64,000 nt of DNA from NCBI GenBank assembly GCA_938005315.1, contig CALLOB010000014.1:3705-67704 (forward strand), in the 5' to 3' direction. Each line of letters opens with the position of its first letter. The stretch's first letter is position 1. The stretch comes from an uncultured Phycisphaerae bacterium. Its GTDB lineage: Bacteria; Planctomycetota; Phycisphaerae; UBA1845; PWPN01. The notes beneath the pieces were generated by a model. It did no database searches, was not told the origin of the DNA, and worked only from the letters and a program-made list of their open reading frames with translations. Of this stretch, positions 29,220 to 38,300 are shown in pieces. The translations under genes were made by a program, and so were the position numbers.

Positions 29220-30615
29220 CGCGCCGTCCAGCCCGGGGTTGTTCGAGGCCTTCGGCATCGAGCTGGAATACATGATCGTCGATGCCGAAGGCCTGGACGT
29301 GCGTCCGCTGTGCGACCGGGTGCTGGAGGCGGTCGCGGGGCCCGGCGCCGGCGACGCGGTCTTCGACGACACCGCCTGGTCCAACGAGCTGGTCGCCCAC
29401 GTCATCGAGCTCAAGACCGCCGCCCCGGCGCCGCGCCTGGCCGGTCTGGCCGAGGCATTCCAGCGCGACGTGCGGCGGATCAACGAGCTGCTGGCCCCGT
29501 CGGGCGCCCGGCTGATGCCCGGGCCGATGCACCCCTGGATGGATCCGGCGACCGAAACCCGCCTCTGGCCGCATGGCGGCGGCGAGATCTACCGGACCTT
29601 CGACGCCATCTTCGGCTGCCGCGGCCACGGCTGGTCGAACCTGCAGAGCATGCATGTCAACCTGCCGTTCCGCGACGACGCCGGCTTCGGCAGGCTGCAC
29701 GCGGCGGTCCGGCTGGTGCTGCCGATCCTGCCGGCCCTGGCCGCCGGGTCGCCGATCGTCGATGCCAGGATCACCGGCCTGCGCGACAGCCGCCTGGTGG
29801 CCTACAGGACCAACTGCGCGCGGATCCCCAGCATCACCGGCCGGGTCATTCCCGAGCCGGTGTTCACCGAGGAGGAGTACCGCGCCCGCATCCTCGAGCC
29901 CATCTATCGCGACACCGCGCCGTACGACCCGGAGGGCATCCTCGCCTGCGAGTGGGCCAATGCCCGCGGAGCCATCGCCCGTTTCGAGCGCCGCACCATC
30001 GAGATCCGCGTGCTGGACGTCCAGGAGTGCCCGGCGGCCGATCTGGCCGTCGCGGCCGCGACCGTCGCGGCCATCAGGCTCCTGGCCGAGGAAACCTGGT
30101 GCCCGCCGGCCGCGCTGCAGGCCTGGCCGGTCGATCCGCTGGGCGACCTGCTGGAGGCCTGCATCCGCGACGGCGAGGACGCGGTGATCGGGAACGCCGC
30201 GTACCTGAAGACCTTCGGCCTTACAGGTGTGTCCGTCTGCACCGCCGGCCAGCTGTGGCGCCACCTCGTCGAGCAGGCCGAGCGCCGTCTGCCCGGTGAG
30301 CTGGACCACTGCCGCGAGGCCCTGACCGTGCTGCTGGAGGAAGGCCCTTTGGCGACGCGCATCCTGCGAATCACCGGACAAGATCCGCCGTCGCGGCGGC
30401 ACGGACATCCCTTGCCGGTTCTGCGCGCGGATCACTCGCCGGGCGAGTCTCCGCATCCTCCACTGCACGAGCCCTCCGCAGCGGCATTCTTGCCCCCGGG
30501 CGCCCCGCGGCAACCATCCTTGCCCCCGGCGGCCCTGCGCCGCGTCGCCGAAGCCCTCTGCGCCTGCCTGGACGAGGGGCGCATGCTTCATGCCGACCCC
30601 CCTGCAGCATCCTGA
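29212..30615 (+). CDS. Carboxylate-amine ligase, glutamate-cysteine ligase family 2 (GCS2)
   Basis: GTG 29212 (GAGGGAG 9 nt upstream) overlaps the RimK-like stop by 8 nt. FGIELEYMIVD, NELVAHVIELKT, WSNLQSMHVNLPF and RTIEIRVLD are GCS2-type motifs. The C-terminus carries a ~50-aa Pro-rich insert. Confidence 0.75.
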   Translation: MPDAPSSPGLFEAFGIELEYMIVDAEGLDVRPLCDRVLEAVAGPGAGDAVFDDTAWSNELVAHVIELKTAAPAPRLAGLAEAFQRDVRRINELLAPSGARLMPGPMHPWMDPATETRLWPHGGGEIYRTFDAIFGCRGHGWSNLQSMHVNLPFRDDAGFGRLHAAVRLVLPILPALAAGSPIVDARITGLRDSRLVAYRTNCARIPSITGRVIPEPVFTEEEYRARILEPIYRDTAPYDPEGILACEWANARGAIARFERRTIEIRVLDVQECPAADLAVAAATVAAIRLLAEETWCPPAALQAWPVDPLGDLLEACIRDGEDAVIGNAAYLKTFGLTGVSVCTAGQLWRHLVEQAERRLPGELDHCREALTVLLEEGPLATRILRITGQDPPSRRHGHPLPVLRADHSPGESPHPPLHEPSAAAFLPPGAPRQPSLPPAALRRVAEALCACLDEGRMLHADPPAAS

Positions 30616-30669
30616 CGGCCGCGGCTCGGTCCGCCGATTGCCCCACGGCAGGCAAGGCTTCAGGACCGA

Positions 30670-31050
30670 CGCCCCCTGCGACGCAGCGCGTCCGCCAGGA
30701 GGGCCCCGCTCTGTCGGGGCCGCCGGAATGGACACGAGAAAGCCCGTGATATGTTTCCCCAGGACCGGGGGCGCGACGGAGCGCGTCCCTCCGGAAGATG
30801 GATTCGGACAGCCCGACGGCGGACGCGACGGAGCGCGTCCCTCCGGGGGCCGCCGATCCCGGCGCGACGCGGTGCGTTTCATCGGAGGGCCCCGCTCTGT
30901 CGGGGCCGCCGGAATGGACACGAGAAAGCCCGTGATATGTTTCCCCCAGGACCGGGGGCGCGACGGATCGCGTCCCTCGCGGGGCCGCAGACGGGGACGC
31001 GAGGGAGCACGTCCCTGCAGGGTCGTGGATCGGGACGCTACTGTCGCCCG
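30670..31050. repeat. About 1.9 tandem units of a 186-187-bp repeat, on the tRNA-Ala 3' side
   Basis: ggccccgctctgtcggggcc at 30702 and 30888. gggcgcgacgga(g/t)cgcgtcc at 30769 and 30956. ggacgcgacggagcgcgtcc at 30821, with a diverged version at 30994..31015. A 1-nt indel (tttcccc vs tttccccc) separates the units. Confidence 0.85.
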
Positions 31051-31160
31051 CCGTCCTGGCTCAGGCGAGTGGCTCTACCGGCTTTAGGTACTGGGTCTAC
31101 TGCCGCTTCGCGCCGCGGGCCGTGTTCGTAAGCCTTGCAAGAAAAGGAAATTGCAGTCAA

Positions 31161-31233
<73 letters not shown>

Positions 31234-31294
31234 GGGGAAGCTTTCGTGTCACCTTTCCGGTCGGGACGCGGCTGACCGGCGTCCACGAGGCACT

Positions 31295-31323
31295 ATTAGA
31301 CCGCCAAGGAGGCGGTCCGTCAA
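31295..31323 (-). promoter_or_regulatory. Putative sigma70-type promoter of tRNA-Ala
   Basis: On the minus strand, TTGACG (31323..31318), 17 nt, then TCTAAT (31300..31295). This lies about 60 nt upstream of the mature tRNA 5' end. Confidence 0.35.
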
Positions 31324-31394
31324 GGGCGGCTGATGGCTGGTCGGGAAGCCGGGTTCGTGGCAAGTCAGGGACCACGCGTCGCTCGGGGGGGCCG

Positions 31395-31668
31395 GGCGAA
31401 GGGGCGCGACGGAGCGCGTCCCTCCGGAGGATGGATTCGGACCGCGTGACGGCGGACGCGACGGAGCGCGTCCCTCCGGGGGCCGCCGATCGCGGCGCGA
31501 CGCGGCGCGTTTCATCGGAGGGCCCCGCTCTGTCGGGGCCGCCGGAATGGACACGAGAAAGCCCGCGATATGTTTCCCCGAGGACCGGGGACGCGACGGA
31601 GCGCGTCCCTCCGGAGGATGGATTCGGACCGCGCGACGGCGGACGCGACGGAGCGCGTCCCTCCGGGG
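31395..31668. repeat. About 1.5 tandem units of the same 186-187-bp repeat, on the tRNA-Ala 5' side
   Basis: Hairpins at 31402, 31454, 31521, 31589 and 31641. Same plus-strand orientation and near-identical sequence to 30670..31050. Confidence 0.85.
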
Positions 31669-31764
31669 CCACAGATAACCGGGCCCAGGCCGTCACGTGG
31701 CCAGGGAAGCCTGGGGCGGTCCGAAATGCCGGGGGGCACGGCGCGTGGCAGCGGGCCCCGTGTC

Positions 31765-33108
31765 TCACGTTGCCGGATCGGCTGGGACCAGAGGGGGCAG
31801 GTGGTCGATGGGGACCGCCTTCTGCGAGGCCTCATCCCACCCGTACATGCGTCCGTCGAACCACGACTGGTTGCCCATGCACATCGCGGCCACGCCGTAA
31901 AGCCCTAGCTGCGCCGGGCAGTTCAGGGGGGCGTCATGGCGGATGGCGGCCTGGAGGTTGCGGTGGTGCAGGCCGACGTCTTCGCCGCCGGTGCGGACGT
32001 GGCGCTCGACCTCGCGGCCGGCGGGATCGAGGATCTTCCAGCCCTCGAAGTCCCACCCCTGATGGGGGCTGAAAACCAGCGTGCCGTCCTGCCCCCGGAT
32101 GCAGTGGTCGTAACGGTGATGGTTGGACATGGTGCCCAGCAGATGCACGGTGAGCCCCGGCGAGACGCCCTCGATGGGGGGATACTCCAGAAGGATCTGA
32201 AAGTTGTCGGGCAGGTCCCGGCCGTCCGGCCAGATGAGAATGCCGCCCATGCCGGCGACGCGTCGAGGGAAGGTGAACCCCAGGGCTTTCATCAGCCGGG
32301 TCAGGCGGTGGATGAAAAGGTCCGAGGCGATCCCGCCGCTGTAGTCGCGGTAGCATCGCCAGTCCCGGTATCGCCGCGGGTCCCAGGGGCGAGGGGGAGC
32401 CGGTTTCAGCCAGGTTTCCCAGTCCAGGTCGGGCGGCTTGGGGCTCCGGGGGTCGATGCCGGATCGCATGGCCCCGGGAACGCGCTCATAGTGACGGGCG
32501 TACTCGATCTGGGCGGCGACCACCGGGCCGATGCGGCCGGCGCGGATCGCCTCGCAGGCCCGGGCGTAGCTGTCGTCGCTCATGCCCTGGACGCCGACCT
32601 GCAGCTTCAGGCCGGTCTTGCGCACGGCCTCAAGGACCTCCTGGGCCTCCTGGATGGTATGGGTCAGCGGCTTCTCGCAGTAGACGTGCTTTCCGGCGGT
32701 CAGGGCATCCAGGGTGACGAGGTGGTGGCTGTGTTCCGGCGTGGCGACCACGACGTAATCCAGGTCTTTCGACTCGACCAGTGAGCGATGGTCGGAGAAG
32801 ACCCGGGCCTGCCCGCCGGCGGCGGCCACCCGCTCGGCGAATCGACGGGCCCTGGTTTCATAGACGTCGGCCACGGCCGTGACCGCGACGTTCTGGGCCT
32901 CGCCCATCTGCAGCAGGGCCCCGAGGTGTGCCTCGGCCATTCCGCCGCAGCCGACGATGCCCACGCGCAGCCGGTCGCCGGCCCCGAGAGCTTGTGACGA
33001 GGGCGCTGTGGTCTGGGCCCGGGCCCTGGCGGCTTGAACGGCGGCGCCGGCTGCACAGACGGAGGCGGCCAGAAAACGTCTTCGCGTAACCGAACTGGCT
33101 GGGTTCAT
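31765..33108 (-). CDS. Gfo/Idh/MocA-family oxidoreductase with Tat signal
   Basis: MNPASSVTRRRFLAASVCAAGAAVQAARA (twin-arginine). Rossmann LRVGIVGCGGMAEAH and EKPL motif YCEKPLTHT. Confidence 0.8.
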   Translation of the reverse strand: MNPASSVTRRRFLAASVCAAGAAVQAARARAQTTAPSSQALGAGDRLRVGIVGCGGMAEAHLGALLQMGEAQNVAVTAVADVYETRARRFAERVAAAGGQARVFSDHRSLVESKDLDYVVVATPEHSHHLVTLDALTAGKHVYCEKPLTHTIQEAQEVLEAVRKTGLKLQVGVQGMSDDSYARACEAIRAGRIGPVVAAQIEYARHYERVPGAMRSGIDPRSPKPPDLDWETWLKPAPPRPWDPRRYRDWRCYRDYSGGIASDLFIHRLTRLMKALGFTFPRRVAGMGGILIWPDGRDLPDNFQILLEYPPIEGVSPGLTVHLLGTMSNHHRYDHCIRGQDGTLVFSPHQGWDFEGWKILDPAGREVERHVRTGGEDVGLHHRNLQAAIRHDAPLNCPAQLGLYGVAAMCMGNQSWFDGRMYGWDEASQKAVPIDHLPPLVPADPAT

Positions 33109-33132
33109 GGTGGGGTCATCCTTTCGCAGGTT

Positions 33133-33864
33133 TCAGGTGGCAAACAGGGGAATCACGGCGAGGTCGCGGAGGTGTCCTTCCAGTACCGACCGGGCCGAGG
33201 CTACATCGCCGGCGGCCATGGCCGAGAGGATCTGGCGGTGTTCGGAGACCGCTCGGGCGACCTGGGCGGTCCAGGCCTGGGCCTCGATGACTGTCGTGGA
33301 GATCAATGGCAGGGTGACGCGCAGATACAGCATCGAGATCCGCCGGCTGCGGGCGGTGGCGACCAGCAGATCGTGAAAGCGCCGATCCATCTCGGCGACG
33401 CCCAGTGCCAGGCGCTCGGCCAGGAGCCGCTCAAGCTGGTCGCAGGTCTGGTGCAGGTTCTGCAGGTTCTCGGGGGTATTCAAACCGTGTCGGCAGATGC
33501 GTTCGACGGCTCCGCATTCGAGCATTACGCGGGTTTCGATGGTTTCAAGCCGTTCCCGTTCGCCGAAAGAGGGGATGAAGTAGCCGGTGACCGGTCCCTT
33601 CTCGATAAGCCCCTCGGCCTCCAGGCGGGCGAAGGCCTCGCGCAGAGCGGTGCGGTTGACCTGGAGCCGGTCGGACCACTCTGCCTCCCGGAGACGTCGG
33701 CCCTGCGGGGGCTGGCGCAGGAGCAGCATCAGCCGCAGCCGGGCGCAGGCCTGCTCGCGCCGGGCCGATTCGCGCGGGCGGCTCTGGCTCCGGTCGGGGG
33801 AGGCTGGCGTGATTTCCTGTTCCGGCACGACCGGTGGCTTTCTCCCGGGCGGGGCCAATAGCAC
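33133..33864 (-). CDS. GntR-family (FadR/FCD-type) transcriptional regulator
   Basis: wHTH LREAEWSDRLQVNRTALREAFARLEAEGLIEKGPVTGYFIP and a helical C-terminal FCD-like domain. The N-terminal ~45 aa and the start are uncertain. Confidence 0.7.
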   Translation of the reverse strand: MLLAPPGRKPPVVPEQEITPASPDRSQSRPRESARREQACARLRLMLLLRQPPQGRRLREAEWSDRLQVNRTALREAFARLEAEGLIEKGPVTGYFIPSFGERERLETIETRVMLECGAVERICRHGLNTPENLQNLHQTCDQLERLLAERLALGVAEMDRRFHDLLVATARSRRISMLYLRVTLPLISTTVIEAQAWTAQVARAVSEHRQILSAMAAGDVASARSVLEGHLRDLAVIPLFAT

Positions 33865-33997
33865 CCGGCGTTACGCCCGTCGCCGGCGCTCGGGGTTTGC
33901 CGGCAGTTGCATTCCGCAACCGGGGGAAACGGGAAATGGAGAAATCCGAAGCGGGAACCGCGAAGCATGAGTTCGCCGCTCGTCAGTCAGCCATGCC

Positions 33998-34084
33998 CCG
34001 GCGTTGCGACAAGCCGCGCCGGGGTTTTCCGTCCCCGCGTCTCCGTGCGCCGGGGTTGCGCGACGCGACTCCGGGGTTTACAAT
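33998..34084 (+). promoter_or_regulatory. Phased CCGG(G/C)GTT repeats overlapping a putative promoter of the aminotransferase gene
   Basis: CCGGCGTT at 33998 and CCGGGGTT at 34019, 34050 and 34071 (spacings 21, 31, 21 bp). Two are embedded in GCGCCGGGGTT. TTGCGC (34056..34061), 17 nt, then TACAAT (34079..34084). Confidence 0.3.
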
Positions 34085-34208
34085 GTCGTTCCGGCCTCCG
34101 GCCCTGTCAAGCGACCGGCCCGGCGAGGTCCGCAAACGGGTTCTGGAGCCGGGCGTTGCCGGCGCGACGAGGTCGGGGTGAACTTCAACCCTCGGGAGGG
34201 ATGACCGC

Positions 34209-35345
34209 GTGGACAAGCTGCGGCTCATGACCCCCGGACCGACGATGGTGCCGCCGCAGGTGCTGGCGGCCATGGCCGGCCCGATGCACCATCACCGCAC
34301 GGCCGAGCACCGCCGGATCTTTCGGGAGGTGACCGACCAGCTGCGGTACGTCTTCGGGACGTCCGGCGACTGTCTGGTGATCACCGGCAGCGGCACGGCG
34401 GCGATGGAGGCGGCCATCGTGGGCGTCGGCGGGCCGGGCAACAAGGCTCTGGTCTTCGACGGCGGCAAGTTCGGCCGGCGCTGGGCCAAGGTTTGCGCCG
34501 TTTACGGCATCGCCCACGTGGTCTGCGAGCTGGAGTGGGGCACGGGGGCCAAGGCGGCCATGGTCGAGGAGCACCTGCGCCGCGATCCGGCCATCGACAC
34601 GGTCATCGTGACGCACAGCGAGACCAGCACGGCGGCGGTCAGCGATCTGGAGGGGATCGCGGCGGTTACCCGCTCCCGCGGCGCGGTGCTGGTGGTGGAC
34701 GGCATCACCAGCGTGGGGGCCCTGCCGGTGAAAATGGACGAGTGGGGCGTGGACGTCGCGGTCACCGGCTCGCAGAAGGCCCTGATGACGCCGCCGGGGC
34801 TGGGGATCGTGGCGGTGAGCCCGCGGGCCTGGGAACGGATCGAGTCGTTCAGTTCGACGTCGCTGTATCTGTGCCTCAAGGCCTACCGCAAGGCCCTGGC
34901 CACCGACGACTCGCCCTACACGCCGGCGATCACGCTGATGATGGGTCTGAGGGCGGCCCTGGAGCTGATCCGGGCCGAGGGCATCGAAAGAGTCTGGTCC
35001 AGGACCGCGTGTCTGGCCCGGGCGACGCGTGCCGCGGTGCAGGCCATGAATCTGCGGGTCTTCGCCCGTGATCCGGCCGACTCGCTGACCGCCGTCATGG
35101 TGCCCGAGGGGTTTGATGAAACCGCCCTTCGCCGGCGGCTGCGCGAACGATTCGGCATCGTTGTGGCCGGCGGTCAGGATCAGCTCAAGGGGCGGGTATT
35201 CCGCGTCAACCACATGGGCTATGTGGACGAGGTGGACGCGCTGGGCCTGATCGGGGCCCTGGAGCTGGTGCTGGCCGAGATGCGCCACGCCTTTCCGCCC
35301 GGGGCGGGCCTGGCCGCGGCCGTGGAGAGCCTGGCCGGGGCGTGA
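34209..35345 (+). CDS. Class V aminotransferase (serine-pyruvate / alanine-glyoxylate type)
   Basis: GTG start. LRLMTPGPTMVPPQVLAAMAGPMHHHRTAEH, VVDGITSVGALP, VAVTGSQKALMTPPGLG (PLP Lys). Confidence 0.8.
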   Translation: MDKLRLMTPGPTMVPPQVLAAMAGPMHHHRTAEHRRIFREVTDQLRYVFGTSGDCLVITGSGTAAMEAAIVGVGGPGNKALVFDGGKFGRRWAKVCAVYGIAHVVCELEWGTGAKAAMVEEHLRRDPAIDTVIVTHSETSTAAVSDLEGIAAVTRSRGAVLVVDGITSVGALPVKMDEWGVDVAVTGSQKALMTPPGLGIVAVSPRAWERIESFSSTSLYLCLKAYRKALATDDSPYTPAITLMMGLRAALELIRAEGIERVWSRTACLARATRAAVQAMNLRVFARDPADSLTAVMVPEGFDETALRRRLRERFGIVVAGGQDQLKGRVFRVNHMGYVDEVDALGLIGALELVLAEMRHAFPPGAGLAAAVESLAGA

Positions 35346-35390
35346 GCGGCATCGAGGCTCGCCTTTTGCCGCCAGGGGCCGGGGCGCAGT

Positions 35391-38300
35391 TCAGTCCGCG
35401 CAGCGCAGATCGTAGAATTCCATTCCCGACAGACATCGCTGGAACGGGCCGAAATCGCGCTGGTCCACGTCGCCGTCGAGGTCTTCGTCGAAGCGGTCGC
35501 ACGCCACCGGCCCGCCGGTGGGGTAGGGCAGGCCGGAGCCCGTGAGACAGGCCTGGAACGCGCCGAAGTCGTTGCCGTTCACCCGGCCATCGTTGTCGGT
35601 GTCGTAGGTGAACACCGCGATGCCGTCGGAGGCCCCGACCTCGCTGACGCCGCCGACATGGTTGGTGGCCCGGACCTCGAACACATACGTCCGACCCAGC
35701 AGCAGCGGCAGCGCGGTGGCATGGACGGACGTGGCCGGGCCGACGTCGGTCCAGTCGCGGATCACCGGCCCGCCCTGTTCGACCACGCGGTACTCATAGC
35801 CGCGGATGCCGCTCTCGGGGTCCTCGGCCGACCAGGCGGCATTCAGCGTGGAGCGGCTGACCGACAGCGTCCCGTCGTCGGTGACCACCGGCGTGCTCGG
35901 CGGGCTGGGCTCGGGCCCCTTGTAGACGAAGCGGGCCGCGTCCGCGCTGACGAAGCGGTCCGTCTGACCGGTGTTGTTGGACACCTGGACGTAGCCGCCG
36001 GTTCCGGGGGCGAACAGCAGGTCCTGGCCGATCAGGAACCACCCGCCCTGGTTGGGGGTCGAGGAGTACTGGTTCTGGATGCTGACGACCTGCCCGCCGT
36101 GGTGCACGACCTTGTAGGGTGCCGCGGAGGTGCGGTTGCTGCCGATCTGATAGTACACGTACACGTCGTAGAGGCCCCAGTCGGGGATGTTCGGTGTCCA
36201 GCGGCAGGATCGGGTGGCGTCGGCCTCCTGCGTACTGCTGACGCCGTAGCCGTAAAGATAGTTAGTTCCGATCCTGGGCACCGAGGAGCTGCTGCCGACG
36301 CTCCAGGTGTTGGGCGGGACGGAGGTATTGGACCATCCCGGGTCGGTGTTGTCGATCAGGATCTCCGAGGCCATGTCCAGGGTGGTGAAAGTGCCGTCGG
36401 CGGACTCGTCGGAGCCGTAGCTGTTGGCCGAGACCGCCTGGAAGTGGTAGAGCGTGGCCGGCGACAGGCCGGTGACGACTACCGAATGATTGTTGACCAG
36501 GGCGGGGTCCACGGGCGTCTGGCTTCCATAGGCCGGTGTGGTGCCGTAGCGGACCATGCCGTCGGCCCTGGCGCTGGTGGTCCAGGTGATCGTGGCCGAG
36601 GAGGCGGTGACCTGGGCGACCTGCACGTTGGAGATCACCGGGGGTCCGTCGGTCGAGAAGGTGAAGTCTTCGGACATGCCGGTGCCGTTGGCGTTGGTGG
36701 AACGGGCCCGGCAGTGGTAGAGGGTTCCGGGGGTCAGTCCGCTGAGCGTGACGGTGTGGCCGGTGACCAGGGCGGGGTCGACCGGCGTGGACTGGCCGTA
36801 CGAGGGCGTGGTGCCGTACTCGACCTGCGAGGTCGAGGCCTGGTCGGTGTTCCAGATGATGGTCGCGGCGTCCTGGGTCACGTTGGTCGCCTGGAGGTTG
36901 AAGATCGACGGCGGGGCGGTGCTGCCCAGGGCGAGGTTGCGGGTGAACATGTTGCCGGTCACCTGGCCCAGGGCGACGGTGACCGTGCCGACGGCGTCGG
37001 CATAGCCGGCCTTGGAGGCGGTGACGGTGTAGGTTCCCGGCGTCAGGTCGATGAAGGCGTAGAAGCCCGTGCCGTCGACGTACATGCTGCGGTTTTCGGG
37101 GCCGGTCAGGGTCACGACGGCGTGGTCGGCCGGCGTGGTGCCCGGGTGGTAGGTGACGGTGCCTTTAATATGCCCTTTTGTGGGCGACGCCTTCCAGGGC
37201 ATGACCGGGATGTTGTCGGGTGTCGGCGTCACATGGGCGACCAGCTGCGGGGAGAAGCTCGACCAGGTTCCGCCGCTGTAGGGCACGCGATAGGAGTAGC
37301 CGCAGAAGCCGTTGGCGTAGTTGCCGGCCGGCGAGGGGTCGCGGGTCATGAGGATCTCGTTGATGGCGTTGGTCAGCGAGTTCAAGTAGATGCCCGGCCC
37401 GATGACCATGAAGCGGTTGAACTTTCGGTCCTTCTCGAAGTTCATCCAGCGCACGTAGTCGTTGGGCAGCGAGGCCCAGTTGTAGTAGGTCATGGGTACG
37501 GCGATATCGATGATGCCCTCCTGCATCCAGGCGTCCCAGTCGCTGTAGACGTCGTAGTACGGGCGGGTGCCCTGGAAGGCCGTCCGGGTCGAGGCGGTGG
37601 GCGAGGGGTTCCAGGTGACGAAAGCGCCGGAGATCTTCACGTGCGGCTTGACGGCCTGGGTGTCGGCATAGACCTTGCGCACCAGGGAGGTGATCTGGTC
37701 GCGCCGCCACTGCTTGAACAGCTCGCTGGTGGGGGACGGCTGGCCCGTCAGGCCGTGGCGGGTGTTGTAGCGCGCGACGCTTGTGGGGTTGTAGCCCTGG
37801 TCGTAGCCGGTGAAGCGGATATAGTCGTAGTGCAGGCCGTCGATGTCGAAGTTCTGGACCAGGTCCATGCACACGTCGTGGATGTACTGCAGGCAGCCGG
37901 GGTGCCCGGGGTCGAAGGCCTTGTCGGCGGTCTCGTTGCCGGCGTCGTCGAGCGTGACCCAGTAGTTGGCCGGGTCGGCGGGGTCGTTGTGCAGGTAGTA
38001 CACCGGCGAGGTACCGCTGCTGCTGGCGGTGGCGAAGGTCACGATCCAGGCGTGCACCTCGATGCGCTGCTTGCCGCCGGTGGTGTCGTGGGCGGCGTTG
38101 ATCATGGCCTGAAGGGCGTTGAAGTTCGAGGGGCTCAGGCCGCTGAAGTAGGGCTCGCCCATGGCCGAGGGATAACACACGTCGGCCCGGCGGCGGACCT
38201 GCACGAAGACCGCGTTGCAGTTGGCGTTGCGGATCTGTCCCTTGCTGGAGGCGTTGCCCGGCACGCCCAGCAGCGTGTCCACCTGGCTCTGGCTGAGGAA

